Shown here: positions 19,101 through 28,616 of the stretch, piece by piece
Numbering within the stretch: position 1 is the stretch's first letter
How the letters are laid out: the number at the start of each line of letters is the position of its first letter
Virus record (IMG/VR): IMGVR_UViG_3300024255_000011
Span: 32,001 to 96,000 of that record
Strand: one strand, 5' to 3'
Length of the DNA: 64,000 bases
DNA from: a virus
Made by a program: the position numbers and the translations under genes
Notes under the pieces: model-generated
The model's database searches: none
Told to the model about the DNA's origin: nothing
Seen by the model: only the letters and a program-made list of their open reading frames with translations

Positions 19101-22100
19101 TTATCGACAATGAGCCAACGAAGTAGATCCTCTGGGTGTGTACCTTGTAGTGGGATGGGAGGCCAAGACTTCGTATTATCACTTTCATCCTCAGCCCATT
19201 GTTGCATTTGGGCCCAGTTATTTTTGTTATCGTCTTTGATGTACCATATCTGATACGTACCACCTGATGAATTGAAGTCTGTATTCTTTTCAATAGTGTA
19301 GTAGGTTTCTGCCTTGACAGAATGTGTATTGAGACCTTTATAAAAATGGGGATCTGCTACAGATGGGAAGGTGTCCTTGCCCGATGAGTAGTATGCTGGC
19401 CCACTATAGGGCATCTCAGTCAGTGCCTCAAACTTGTGGTTGGTGGGTTCACCACTCTTACTCCAACTGTCTGGTCCTCTTTCAGAAGCATCGAAGTCAA
19501 ATGCACCAAAGACAATGGTGTCATTTTCTGCAGTGAAATCAAAGTGAGACAATTGTCTGTTTACATATCTACCAGCAACCCAATCTCTAAAGTTTGATGC
19601 ATCAGGCTTCAACTGTTTGATTTTATTTGAACTCCACATACGCATCTCATGAGGAAGATGGAGTTTATAATCATCAGGTTTGTAGATGTTATTATTGTAT
19701 ACATCATTTTGAAGTTTAGTGATCCTATACCTTCTACCTTTCCTGATGTTTGGTTCATCGTTCTTTTCGCCTAGAACAAAAGTATCACCATAGTAGTAAT
19801 CATTTTGTCCACCAGCAGAATGTGTTGGGTCTTCACCCCTCTCAATGTTAGGATACGCGTAGTAGTCAGTTACGTGCGCTCCTGGTTGGAATCCAGGGTT
19901 TGGAAGGTGTCCCTCCTGATCATACCCAGCCCAGTAAGCGGGACCTTGGAGCTCCTCAAGAGGCTCCTCTTTCCAGTAGACTCTAAGGTTTTCTCCTCTT
20001 GGATTCCATCCAGTTAGACCTGTACCTCCTTCTGATACTCTCCTTGCTCCAGTATGCCATGCACCTGATACTACCACACTCCAATTGTAGTCAATAATTT
20101 CTGGGAAGGTGAAATAAATTGCATTATCCTCACCATTGAAACTTCTATTATTGCGTTGGTGCCAGGCCCATCTATCTTCAACAGGAACATCCTGGTTACC
20201 ACAAACACCCATCATCCTAAAGTCTTTATTACCTGGTACGTTTAGGTCTCTTGGTGCTTGACCAAGAAGGAAAACGTGCATGTAGTTGGGGTTTGGTTTT
20301 TCAAGAGTAGGGTCAGCGGATGTCCATATCTTATACCTCTTACCTGGTTGCCATTGTACAGCAGTGCCTTCGTCAGTTGGTACCGCACCATTCAGAGGGT
20401 TAACCCAATGATTATTCTTAAGTTGATCAGTTGTTACGAGTGAGTACTTATTTGGATATGTCGCATCATTTTCCCAGTCAATCCAGTACTGAGACATATC
20501 ATTCGCATCTTTTTTGACCTCTCTGTACAATTCCAAGTAAAGAGGTTCACCTTTTTTAGACCACTGTTCCTCAGATTTGCCAGCAGCATATACCTTATAT
20601 TGAATATATTCTGATTGACAGAAGATGGTAACTACCTGCTCATCGTTAAGCCCTGATCTCCATACAAACTCCTCCATCTGGAATTCTTGAGCATCATTCT
20701 GAGACAGACCCTCCCTCTTAATGAATCTAAAGACAATATCAACGTTTGGTGTTCTGGCAGTTTTCTTAAATGCATATAGAATGCGTTGATTGGCGGGAGG
20801 TGGATTCTTAACGTCTATGATATCATCAGAGTTAATGTCAAATACACGTTCATATTGTTTTTTGGTTTGATCACTTTCATATAATTGACCCTCTAATTCT
20901 GACTGTGTTTGTCCGTCTAACCTTAGGATCTCTTTCATCTCTTGTGTGAGATGTATCATTGGTTTGTCGTACCTTGACCAGTTAGGTTCTTTGGGGTTAT
21001 TGCTGCTGTAAACTTCTTCGGAAGCCCAGAATCCACAACCTGTAACATCAGGCACTTCAGTGATTTCTACATCAATCCCTTCACCAAATCTACTCCAATA
21101 TTCATTAATGGGTCTGTCTACTAGGGGATTGCCCTTGTCATCATCTGTTTGGTCATAACGGAATGCACCAAAGAATAGGTAGTCTCCTTGAGCTTCAACC
21201 TCAATTGTTTTTGAAGCCCCTGAGTGTTTTGGTCTCAGAAGCAAAGAGTTATCATCTTCGTAGTGGTAAAACTTTCTGTTGGGATCACTACCAATTTCTT
21301 TATTTCCGAAACTAGGATCTTCGTAGTAATTAGGTTGAATACATCTATCATCTGTCCCCCAAATTATTCTATGGGTGTAGATCATGTTATCCCCAGGTGT
21401 GATATGGTATTTTCTACCTTTCCTTACCCTAATTGAGTTGTATGTCTCATTGTAATCATTCAAAGGGAAGTTATAATATGCACTATTGAAGTCTGGATAT
21501 CCTCTAAATCCCTTTCTGACATCAGTAACTGATCCAAAATCTCCAAATGCCCAGTAAGCAGGACCTTTTCTCAAGTCTCTGTTGCCCCTCGCACCACCCA
21601 TGTGCTCAATTGATACCTCTGGGGCTTGATTTACATGGTCACTTGTACTGATAGACACTGGCTCACCATTATTTTTCCAGTCTGCCTTAACACGGTTCGT
21701 GTTTCTGGCATGAAAGATCATATGACTAGAAGGAGGTGTGACAACAAACCCATTGTAATCATTCTTAAGTATAGTTCCACCGTAAATGAAGTTTACATGA
21801 TCATCTGGGAGATCTTTTTCTGGGAAGTTGTCAACATCAAGTCCGTGATTTGTCTCAAGTACAAAGTAAATGTCATAATCATACTTGGTTCTAGTGTCTA
21901 GTTCACCAGTATTAACATCACCTGAGTACGCAGAAACTTTTAATCTTTCGCCTTCTTCTACACGCACATTATTTGGTCTCTGACCAAAGAGACCATCAAA
22001 ATCTTCGCCAGGCAGATATCTATTAAAATGATTCAGTGGTGTTTGCCACACATCATCATGGAAATTGGGTCTTTCTCTGTTGATATGGAGCTCACCCCAG

Positions 22101-25100
22101 TATCCTGGACCATGAATCCATTTTGCTCTGTCAATTTTTTCTGTAATCGTCCAAGGTTCACCTCGGTTACCCCAATCCTCTTGATCTATTCTATCAGGAG
22201 CTATAGCACCAAGCAGTATCTGAGCGTCTCTATTGGCCAACTGAAATGTTCTGTAGTTTTCGTATCCAGTTCCCTTAACAAAGGTTCTTTCTGTCCACTC
22301 ACGTCTCCAAGAATCATCACCATCATTGGAAATATCAGTACCCTCTGGGTACTCTGAGACCCATAACTTCTGTTTAATTGGTGCTGGTCTCGATCTCAAC
22401 TCCTCGTAAATATTATCTTCTGGTGGAATACCATAAATTCTGTAGTATCCAGGTTGACCAACATATTGCTGACCTTTACCTGCCGACTCATGTGAAATTG
22501 GCTTAATCCAATATTCATCATTCAAGTCTGGCAGTTGACCAATACTCCAACCATATGGTTTGGTGTCAAGTACCGCGGCAGTCTGAACGTCGGAATAATA
22601 TGTGGCACCTTTGATCTCCGTTCCATCATATCCATCATAAGGATCGCCCTTAATTTTTGGTGTTACAAGTACATCAATATACTTACCCTCATTAAGTTTA
22701 CCTTCATAGTCAATACCCATGTAATTATATCCAGGTGGGTAGTATTCCCTCTTTACTTTCGATCCTTTTTTGGTGTTGTTGACCCCAAACCACTGCCAGA
22801 ATGAAGCACGCATGTACCTTTTCTTGGGTTTATACGATTTGTATCCTGTAGCGTTCCTCTTGTCGCAGTTATATCCCTCAACGGTTGGGCCTTGACTATC
22901 TCCAGCAACCCAAGGACCATCTTTAGTGCTTGCAAACCACCAAGTAATACCAAAGTCAGACGGACCTTTATGTTCGCACTTTGGTACAATGAAATTGTAA
23001 TAGATACTCATTTCATCGTCACTAAATGGCCCATAAGTATGACAAATATTAGTAGGAAGTTTGTCGTACATTGACCAATCTGGCATGGCTGCAGTACTTC
23101 CAGATGGAACACAGTACAATCCACGCCATTCTTGTGCAGTAAAATCTGGTCTATTATCATAGTAGTTGGTCACCAGAATGTCTACACCAGGTTCAGCTTC
23201 AGTGGCTACTCTGTTTCTTGCGTCGAATGTGGCAGGCTCTGGTGCTGGCCCATCATACAGTGAGTACACATCAAAATTTACACTACCATCGTGTTCGTGT
23301 CTGTCCAACACAGTGATAATTTCTTGTCCATTACTATCATATGTGCGGTATTCGCACTCTGAATATTTGAAATAGTTAGAGATTTGTCCGCCTGCATCCA
23401 TGCAAGCATCGCACCATCCGAAATGTCCTTTATTATATTGATCTGATGTGTATACAAATCCTGTTTCCAGAACTACAGCCAAAGCTCCATTGACATATCT
23501 GAACTTTGATGCTCTCTTTTCTTTTGTAACATCACGAATGAAGTTAATAAGATTCAGTTGATCGTTGTCAGTATTTCTATCAAGTAAATACTCACCAATT
23601 TGCTCAAAGTCGAAGTCTTGATTGAGTACCCTTGTGGCCTCTCTATTTCTGATGATATATCCTGTCAGAAGGTTATTGATAACCTCCCTCCAGCTGAGAT
23701 CTTCACCATTCTTAATTTTTTGAGAAATGTTATCAACAGATACAATTACTTTATGATCGTATTCTTTTTCTACACCAAGTTGTTTATTGATATAGAAGTT
23801 GGTCATATCATACAGAACAGCAAGTGCAGTATGAGTTTGTGGGTCATCAGTAATTTTGCGTGCAGATAATTTCCTAAACGATCCACGTTTGATAATTTCT
23901 TTGAGGTTAAATCCAAACTCACTAAAGTTATTTGAAATGGATTTCTGAATCGCATTGCACTTATCGATGGCATTTTGAATGATTGCCTTGTCGTGATCGT
24001 TATACTCGCCTGTCCCGCCACCTGTTGGGTCCTCTAACTCATCAAGATTGAAAGACCCAACGCCTTCGGCTTCGGGAGTTTCTGAAGGTGGTCTCCAGTC
24101 AGGCCTGTCCCCAGTAATTTCACTAATGAGCTCAATTAGAGTCATGTCCTCAAGGGCTTCCATTGCTTCTTGAAGTTTTTTGACATTAGCTTCAAGAAGA
24201 CCAGAAGAGGTGTCAATCCTATTCATTGTATAGGCAAACTTTATACCTACGTTTGATTTCGTTTCCGCAGAGACGTTATAGTGTGATCTAAAAAATCCTG
24301 ACATGCCAACGACGCCATAGTCAAGACCTTCCGTTGGTTGATTTGGATATCCCATTTGATCCCTGCCCCTACTGTTTCCAAGGACAAACACCCATTTTCG
24401 ATCCGATTCATTATCTTCATAAACCATACCAGAACCTTTCGGTTGATCGGCGAACGCATTGTTTCCACCAGGCATGGAATGGAATCCAGCTCTTAGATAT
24501 AAATCGCAGTTACTTGGGCCATTGGTCAGCTTACCAGACTGCCATTTGTCCATGGACTTATGGATAGTAGTTCCAACTCTATCCATAGCATCGACTGCAT
24601 CTTCCTTTTTATCTAAGAAAGGGTGCACCCAAATAAACTTCTTTGGTTCTGCAGTAATAAACTTAACTACCTTTTCTGGTAAGTTCAAAATCCTGTGGGG
24701 ATTCATTGGTTCATTATCAATACCATCTGGCATACCCAGTTTTACGAGTCTAACCTTGAGTGAATTCTGAGTTTGGTATCCATTTTCTGGGGCTACAGTA
24801 TAATTCTTATAATCCCATCCAGACCTATACCAGATTTCTAATCCTGGACATTCTGGAAATTGATGTATACTATCAACATTGATATTTTCTGGGCTCCAAG
24901 GTTGACTTTCATCTAGTTTAATTTGACCACCGTGACAAAAGATAACATCCCTCAATATATCACCAGGCAACCATGCTGCTTCTTCTAGTAACTCATTGAG
25001 TGTTTCTTCGTCAATATCAATGTTATCGAATATCGGGTTACTGACAGTAGACACACCACTACCTATAGTGGATACTGTGACGTCGTCTACAATTTGATAA

Positions 25101-25207
25101 TTGAGGTCGTTTAACTGTTGGTTATTAGAATCGCTGGACGAGTCGTTGGTGTCCTGATCTTCGTACTGAGAGTCTCCACCACTCCCATAATTATATGAGT
25201 AAGTCAT
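16184..25207 (-). CDS. Giant 3007-aa repeat protein with a hydrophobic helix and an adhesin-like C-terminus
   Basis: Uninterrupted ORF; ten repeats running from GPAYW to W(S/N)xxGEP; hydrophobic ILMAIAALLAALLGFLLYFAAMAPF; ATGA overlap with the upstream collagen-like gene. Confidence 0.85.
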   Translation of the reverse strand: MTYSYNYGSGGDSQYEDQDTNDSSSDSNNQQLNDLNYQIVDDVTVSTIGSGVSTVSNPIFDNIDIDEETLNELLEEAAWLPGDILRDVIFCHGGQIKLDESQPWSPENINVDSIHQFPECPGLEIWYRSGWDYKNYTVAPENGYQTQNSLKVRLVKLGMPDGIDNEPMNPHRILNLPEKVVKFITAEPKKFIWVHPFLDKKEDAVDAMDRVGTTIHKSMDKWQSGKLTNGPSNCDLYLRAGFHSMPGGNNAFADQPKGSGMVYEDNESDRKWVFVLGNSRGRDQMGYPNQPTEGLDYGVVGMSGFFRSHYNVSAETKSNVGIKFAYTMNRIDTSSGLLEANVKKLQEAMEALEDMTLIELISEITGDRPDWRPPSETPEAEGVGSFNLDELEDPTGGGTGEYNDHDKAIIQNAIDKCNAIQKSISNNFSEFGFNLKEIIKRGSFRKLSARKITDDPQTHTALAVLYDMTNFYINKQLGVEKEYDHKVIVSVDNISQKIKNGEDLSWREVINNLLTGYIIRNREATRVLNQDFDFEQIGEYLLDRNTDNDQLNLINFIRDVTKEKRASKFRYVNGALAVVLETGFVYTSDQYNKGHFGWCDACMDAGGQISNYFKYSECEYRTYDSNGQEIITVLDRHEHDGSVNFDVYSLYDGPAPEPATFDARNRVATEAEPGVDILVTNYYDNRPDFTAQEWRGLYCVPSGSTAAMPDWSMYDKLPTNICHTYGPFSDDEMSIYYNFIVPKCEHKGPSDFGITWWFASTKDGPWVAGDSQGPTVEGYNCDKRNATGYKSYKPKKRYMRASFWQWFGVNNTKKGSKVKREYYPPGYNYMGIDYEGKLNEGKYIDVLVTPKIKGDPYDGYDGTEIKGATYYSDVQTAAVLDTKPYGWSIGQLPDLNDEYWIKPISHESAGKGQQYVGQPGYYRIYGIPPEDNIYEELRSRPAPIKQKLWVSEYPEGTDISNDGDDSWRREWTERTFVKGTGYENYRTFQLANRDAQILLGAIAPDRIDQEDWGNRGEPWTITEKIDRAKWIHGPGYWGELHINRERPNFHDDVWQTPLNHFNRYLPGEDFDGLFGQRPNNVRVEEGERLKVSAYSGDVNTGELDTRTKYDYDIYFVLETNHGLDVDNFPEKDLPDDHVNFIYGGTILKNDYNGFVVTPPSSHMIFHARNTNRVKADWKNNGEPVSISTSDHVNQAPEVSIEHMGGARGNRDLRKGPAYWAFGDFGSVTDVRKGFRGYPDFNSAYYNFPLNDYNETYNSIRVRKGRKYHITPGDNMIYTHRIIWGTDDRCIQPNYYEDPSFGNKEIGSDPNRKFYHYEDDNSLLLRPKHSGASKTIEVEAQGDYLFFGAFRYDQTDDDKGNPLVDRPINEYWSRFGEGIDVEITEVPDVTGCGFWASEEVYSSNNPKEPNWSRYDKPMIHLTQEMKEILRLDGQTQSELEGQLYESDQTKKQYERVFDINSDDIIDVKNPPPANQRILYAFKKTARTPNVDIVFRFIKREGLSQNDAQEFQMEEFVWRSGLNDEQVVTIFCQSEYIQYKVYAAGKSEEQWSKKGEPLYLELYREVKKDANDMSQYWIDWENDATYPNKYSLVTTDQLKNNHWVNPLNGAVPTDEGTAVQWQPGKRYKIWTSADPTLEKPNPNYMHVFLLGQAPRDLNVPGNKDFRMMGVCGNQDVPVEDRWAWHQRNNRSFNGEDNAIYFTFPEIIDYNWSVVVSGAWHTGARRVSEGGTGLTGWNPRGENLRVYWKEEPLEELQGPAYWAGYDQEGHLPNPGFQPGAHVTDYYAYPNIERGEDPTHSAGGQNDYYYGDTFVLGEKNDEPNIRKGRRYRITKLQNDVYNNNIYKPDDYKLHLPHEMRMWSSNKIKQLKPDASNFRDWVAGRYVNRQLSHFDFTAENDTIVFGAFDFDASERGPDSWSKSGEPTNHKFEALTEMPYSGPAYYSSGKDTFPSVADPHFYKGLNTHSVKAETYYTIEKNTDFNSSGGTYQIWYIKDDNKNNWAQMQQWAEDESDNTKSWPPIPLQGTHPEDLLRWLIVDNSYHIPDKVRDMFYEKGPVITTDTQSDGMTFKTPKGVTRIFYGWYGKQAIGKFNRDGEPVRFKFKEQEKWKTEGPLYWGGEQEAVDPPEFGNTHFESPLRYIKVKAGRRYQVKPKSATALAHFQEIQIYEFDPTQNPDPLNPLTNRVDLQFKKIANFQDTQQEINIDVSKDGLILSATYIKAIHETPLVTDWSPKGEPSPLTFREVDSITGPAYWGDTGHTWDQPGAPGKQYLPEFTDSKWIKPLNTLSINGDAHLDDFYVELTQNIDFALSVFVVEERKHLSPNDNNDRFYFHYQGTFAKRSAKGSTVPIEPHEDVHPKYIIFGVGNFDADSGRSFEDWSPRGEEVPVRIKKKEWQRGPSFPGNKNLVSGKEFDLSETRWRYSAAQPPKNGGKIIGGSTYEFKYASWMESGVPSYNNNTKSKDLRYQVVWCKSVGDGPNNPFGDKRPTKTDFKYNSRVLDPNSKVDKKFTLTAPIGYDYIFFVVCDKSNKNTPTSGINPKTWSPDGHLSPWKYKRVHKDLHLDDIPFLKEILMAIAALLAALLGFLLYFAAMAPFETLLEMVDEGPGNKYPIRRKKIEITEDNKRTYGDPFNPEYITNDEEFYTGLSNDPIYFNFVADHAVRAWARIMRVRHNGYLFHLTNAKCVKSTGDNTLKKEFEVMNLTATHGFNYTQLDGGNVRKALRKYVPWDGDTGFRNVELDDPYKTSTTSYRSYAIDTSIDENRQLTGFDIRKKWFQPSLTYSPQMGKQGFWKSYAGAQYKLASNYDSGRNVTSYPTTFGSANNIDNIFSVRGAGLTTDVMYSSNSSNHCYGWEILNGTEKDPFGFKIPNGEFIPGIEFDMLFYDYNSKTENAGNWQIVQMHLSFDVPDLLEPDTILKSVAVKLTPDSSTNYKFRNSFDNTSSNHQMNQLNKNNNLIHMRLMGDQKIPAGVHFKGISACIWVGEDNVKTGRTFVISNLAPIHQYDNPPHPDE

Positions 25208-25956
25208 ATTGTCTCCCTAATTGTAACATATAGTGTTCCGTCAGATTCTGTTAAATACAGTCTACCTGGTGGTCCTGAACTTGGTACATAAGGAATGACC
25301 TGTGCGTTAGCTCCCCCATGAGCACCATTGAGTCCATTAACACCATTCTGTCCACCTGGCCCTGTGGGTCCAGGTCCACCTTGTGGTCCGTTTCCACCTG
25401 CAGGTCCTTGAGTTGCACCAAAGGTACCAGCGTATTTCCATTCGAATGAAATGTCCCAGAAGAATACTGAAGATGTGTCATATCCGCTTGCGCCAGGAAG
25501 ACCCCCTTCAACAAAATTGTCATCGGGCCCCGAACAAAGTGCACAATCACCAATAGTTGGACTATAATCGTTTAGATAATATGGGTACAAATTGCTGGTT
25601 ATATCTGGTGTACCTCCTTTCCCGTCAGTGATACCGTTCTTTGTAACTTCTTCAAACAATTGTTTAGAATTATTGACAACAATCCTAAGGTCTAAACCTT
25701 GGCCTGCAGGTCCAACTGGACCTTGGTCACCCTTATCACCTTGCTTACCAGGAGTTCCATCCACGCCTCTGCTTCCTGCAGGTCCCGCGGGCCCAACAGT
25801 TCCTGGAGTACCTGGCGATCCGACTGCACCAGGAACTGGCACATACTGAAGATTACCCCAAAGGTTCCATGTGGATCCATCCCAGACCCACAATCTATTT
25901 CCGTCGACAAAGTGTTGATTTTGTCCGGGTGATGATGGAAATACTGTTTCTGACAT
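25204..25956 (-). CDS. Collagen-like fibre protein
   Basis: Two Gly-X-Y runs (about 15 and 11 triplets); N-terminal FPSSP...WVWDGSTW domain; C-terminal GRLYLTESDGTLYV. Confidence 0.85.
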   Translation of the reverse strand: MSETVFPSSPGQNQHFVDGNRLWVWDGSTWNLWGNLQYVPVPGAVGSPGTPGTVGPAGPAGSRGVDGTPGKQGDKGDQGPVGPAGQGLDLRIVVNNSKQLFEEVTKNGITDGKGGTPDITSNLYPYYLNDYSPTIGDCALCSGPDDNFVEGGLPGASGYDTSSVFFWDISFEWKYAGTFGATQGPAGGNGPQGGPGPTGPGGQNGVNGLNGAHGGANAQVIPYVPSSGPPGRLYLTESDGTLYVTIRETI

Positions 25957-25985
25957 TGTATTAATACTTTATTGTTATTTAGATG

Positions 25986-27089
25986 TTACGAATCAGTGTC
26001 GACTGTGCTTGTCTGATGTAGGGTGATAAGTGGGTCCTTTTTACTGATTGAGTTATATATACTATACAACTCTGGCCTGATAATATTATATGGAGAGGCT
26101 TTAGCATTAAACCCATGGTATGAAGGATCATCATAGAAAACTTTTGCACTAGCTGGATCAATAACTTGTACGTCGCTAACATTAAACATTCTGTTTTTAC
26201 TGCTGCTGCTGTTTCCATATGAGTGTTGCCAGTGGAAACCCAGAAAAATTGAGTTAGCTGGTGGAGACTCGTGCTGATTAATCATAGCGCGGATTCTAAA
26301 GGGTCTGTCGAGTAAATCAAGATCTTGATTCGCGCCATTCTCCGGCTCCATGATCTCGTCCCCTGCACCCTTCGTGAAGGAACCGGTGTTTCTAAAAATG
26401 TATTTGCCATTCGCTGGATCGCAGTTGGCTTTGCCATTCCAATTATCTCCATTGGGTGTCAATTTATTACAGATGTACCGGCCATATTCAAATGAGTACC
26501 ATATCCCCCAAATTTGATTGATTTGTTGCCTTGTGTAAAATTCTTGCTTGGAGGAAGATGAGAGCTTATGGTTTGTTCCTGCCCCAGAAATAGCTCCCAT
26601 AGATTTACTTACATAATAAGTAAAGCTAATACCCCTCACTGGATAAGGGTATCCTTTCTCCCCTCTACATGTGAAACCACCTCCAAAAGAATTCGCCGAA
26701 TTCTTTGCATCGGAGAAACATACAATTGACGTGGGGTACATTTCCTCCGCGTCATCAAAGTTAGCTGACATATTATTAATATGGGTTCTTACTTTAGATC
26801 CCACTTTATAAAAGATGCTGTAATCAGAATGCCTGTGTTTACTATTTTTGTGTCCTGTATATCCATTTCCATAAATCACAGTCTGATTTCCACCAAATCC
26901 ACCGCTTCCACCAGTGTTATTGTTAATGCCAGTTCCATCCATTAGTGTGTAGTCATTACCAATATTTTCATAGTAGATTTCCCCACCCCATGGAGTAAAG
27001 AGATCATCGTTAAAACTTTTTGGAGCTACTTTGTTGTTACTTTCGGCTTTGATTGGAGTAAAGCCGTGAATTGTTCCTACATATCCCAT
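25986..27089 (-). CDS. Putative receptor-binding/adhesin protein (start revised to ATG at 27089)
   Basis: MGYVGTIHG start overlaps the upstream stop (TAATG), the same arrangement as at 13199; similar to 11997..13199. Confidence 0.6.
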   Translation of the reverse strand: MGYVGTIHGFTPIKAESNNKVAPKSFNDDLFTPWGGEIYYENIGNDYTLMDGTGINNNTGGSGGFGGNQTVIYGNGYTGHKNSKHRHSDYSIFYKVGSKVRTHINNMSANFDDAEEMYPTSIVCFSDAKNSANSFGGGFTCRGEKGYPYPVRGISFTYYVSKSMGAISGAGTNHKLSSSSKQEFYTRQQINQIWGIWYSFEYGRYICNKLTPNGDNWNGKANCDPANGKYIFRNTGSFTKGAGDEIMEPENGANQDLDLLDRPFRIRAMINQHESPPANSIFLGFHWQHSYGNSSSSKNRMFNVSDVQVIDPASAKVFYDDPSYHGFNAKASPYNIIRPELYSIYNSISKKDPLITLHQTSTVDTDS

Positions 27090-28612
27090 TATCTTTGATT
27101 CCAGTAAAGAGTGCCGCCATCTGACCACAATGCTCCAGGCAAATTAGGATCTTCTTCAGGAACTACAAGTGGTCTTGAATCCACGTAGGCCTTGTTCGCT
27201 GCGTGCTGAGGAGCAGTAGGATCTTGTTCCAACAAATATAATTGTCCCGTCATAGAATTCGACTGACCACCGGCCTTCGGTAGATAAGTTGATAAATCAG
27301 CTTTGATCTGATCTTCGATGGCCTTTTTGGGCATCAAGGACTTGTCATTATTATAAGATCCCTCAAAATGAATCTCGTCACCAGAACTTTTATGATAAAC
27401 ATACAGAAGATCCTGTGTGTTAATGTCGGTTCCCTTCTTCCTTCCTTGAACTATAAAAGTACCTGCGTTGTTATTCGCCTCACCTGATCTATTGATAGTT
27501 AGGGCGGTAGTTCCATTTAAAGTGCCGCCTTTTATTTGTAAATATGGTCCCTTAGTATTATCACTGACACTTATACTACCAAGACGCCTGTTAAGATGAC
27601 CCTTTGTCACCACTGCAGTGTCTGTCTTATCATTATCATAATCTAGATCATGATCATGCTCACTGTTTAAATTGACATCATTGTCTGAAGTGTTAACAAT
27701 AAAAAGGTGTTCAGTTTCATTGATACCCTTAACGGATAGTACTTCAGGGTCGGTATTGGTGAGTCTTAGATATCCACTGATGTCACCACCTTCGGCACTA
27801 AAGGACTTTTTGTAATTTGTAAATCTATAATAGGTATTAGTGGATGTGAACAGCATCTCCTTCTCAGGAGACGAAGAAGAATGGTACTCTACTCTGATAC
27901 CTAGGTACTCTGTATCACCAGAAGAATTTTCGTCTCTGTCCTTATACTCCGTAACCTGTTTGACTTTGTAAATGCTGTAGTCAAAATTACCATCAGATCC
28001 TTCAAATGACACTTCAAGAGTGTCACCGATACCCATGTTGTTAAAGATATCAGAGAAAACTCCTTCTCTATCGTTCTGGTGAATGAAAAATTCTACAATA
28101 TCTCTGTACTGAGTACTAAAGACGTTGACACCTGGATCAGAAATTCCCTGATCTAGACTATCGTCAACAATTCTTTTGTTGATACCTGCGATTGTAAAGG
28201 CAGTGGCACCAGGTACGCTTGCTTCATATGTTACATGTTCCCAGTCGTCAAGTTGGGTGGCCAGAGCAACATCATAGTCAATAAGATCTTCAAGAACACT
28301 GCCTCGTATTCCAGACTCCAGATTGCTATTTGCCGCCGCGTTACCGGAAACGTAATTATAATTAGAATCAATTGTAATATCACTGGTTGCACTGACAAGA
28401 TCATAACCCCTCTCTAGGGCTGTCTTGTCGTCATCAAGCTGGGCGAGTACCCAGTCTGTACTTGCGACGTTATCTGGTCCAACAATGTTCCAGCTATTTG
28501 TTAGCGGATCATATTGGTATACGATCCCACCTGTCTTTTCGAGTTCAGCGATATCACCTGGCTTAGGATAAATTGCACCCGGACTAGGATTTCTTGGAAA
28601 GTAAATTGACAT
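27089..28612 (-). CDS. Tail fibre-like protein
   Basis: N-terminal FPRNP domain; 'YL.K.GG..M.G.L' and 'PTAPQHAANKAYVD' fibre motifs; shares a domain with 13199..15931. Confidence 0.8.
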   Translation of the reverse strand: MSIYFPRNPSPGAIYPKPGDIAELEKTGGIVYQYDPLTNSWNIVGPDNVASTDWVLAQLDDDKTALERGYDLVSATSDITIDSNYNYVSGNAAANSNLESGIRGSVLEDLIDYDVALATQLDDWEHVTYEASVPGATAFTIAGINKRIVDDSLDQGISDPGVNVFSTQYRDIVEFFIHQNDREGVFSDIFNNMGIGDTLEVSFEGSDGNFDYSIYKVKQVTEYKDRDENSSGDTEYLGIRVEYHSSSSPEKEMLFTSTNTYYRFTNYKKSFSAEGGDISGYLRLTNTDPEVLSVKGINETEHLFIVNTSDNDVNLNSEHDHDLDYDNDKTDTAVVTKGHLNRRLGSISVSDNTKGPYLQIKGGTLNGTTALTINRSGEANNNAGTFIVQGRKKGTDINTQDLLYVYHKSSGDEIHFEGSYNNDKSLMPKKAIEDQIKADLSTYLPKAGGQSNSMTGQLYLLEQDPTAPQHAANKAYVDSRPLVVPEEDPNLPGALWSDGGTLYWNQR

Positions 28613-28616
28613 AGTA

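Noticed and set aside
27090-27128. ORF-track start of 25986..27128 (MVRWRHSLL...)
   Set aside because: It overlaps the upstream gene by 40 nt; the ATG at 27089 with a TAATG overlap fits the locus pattern better.
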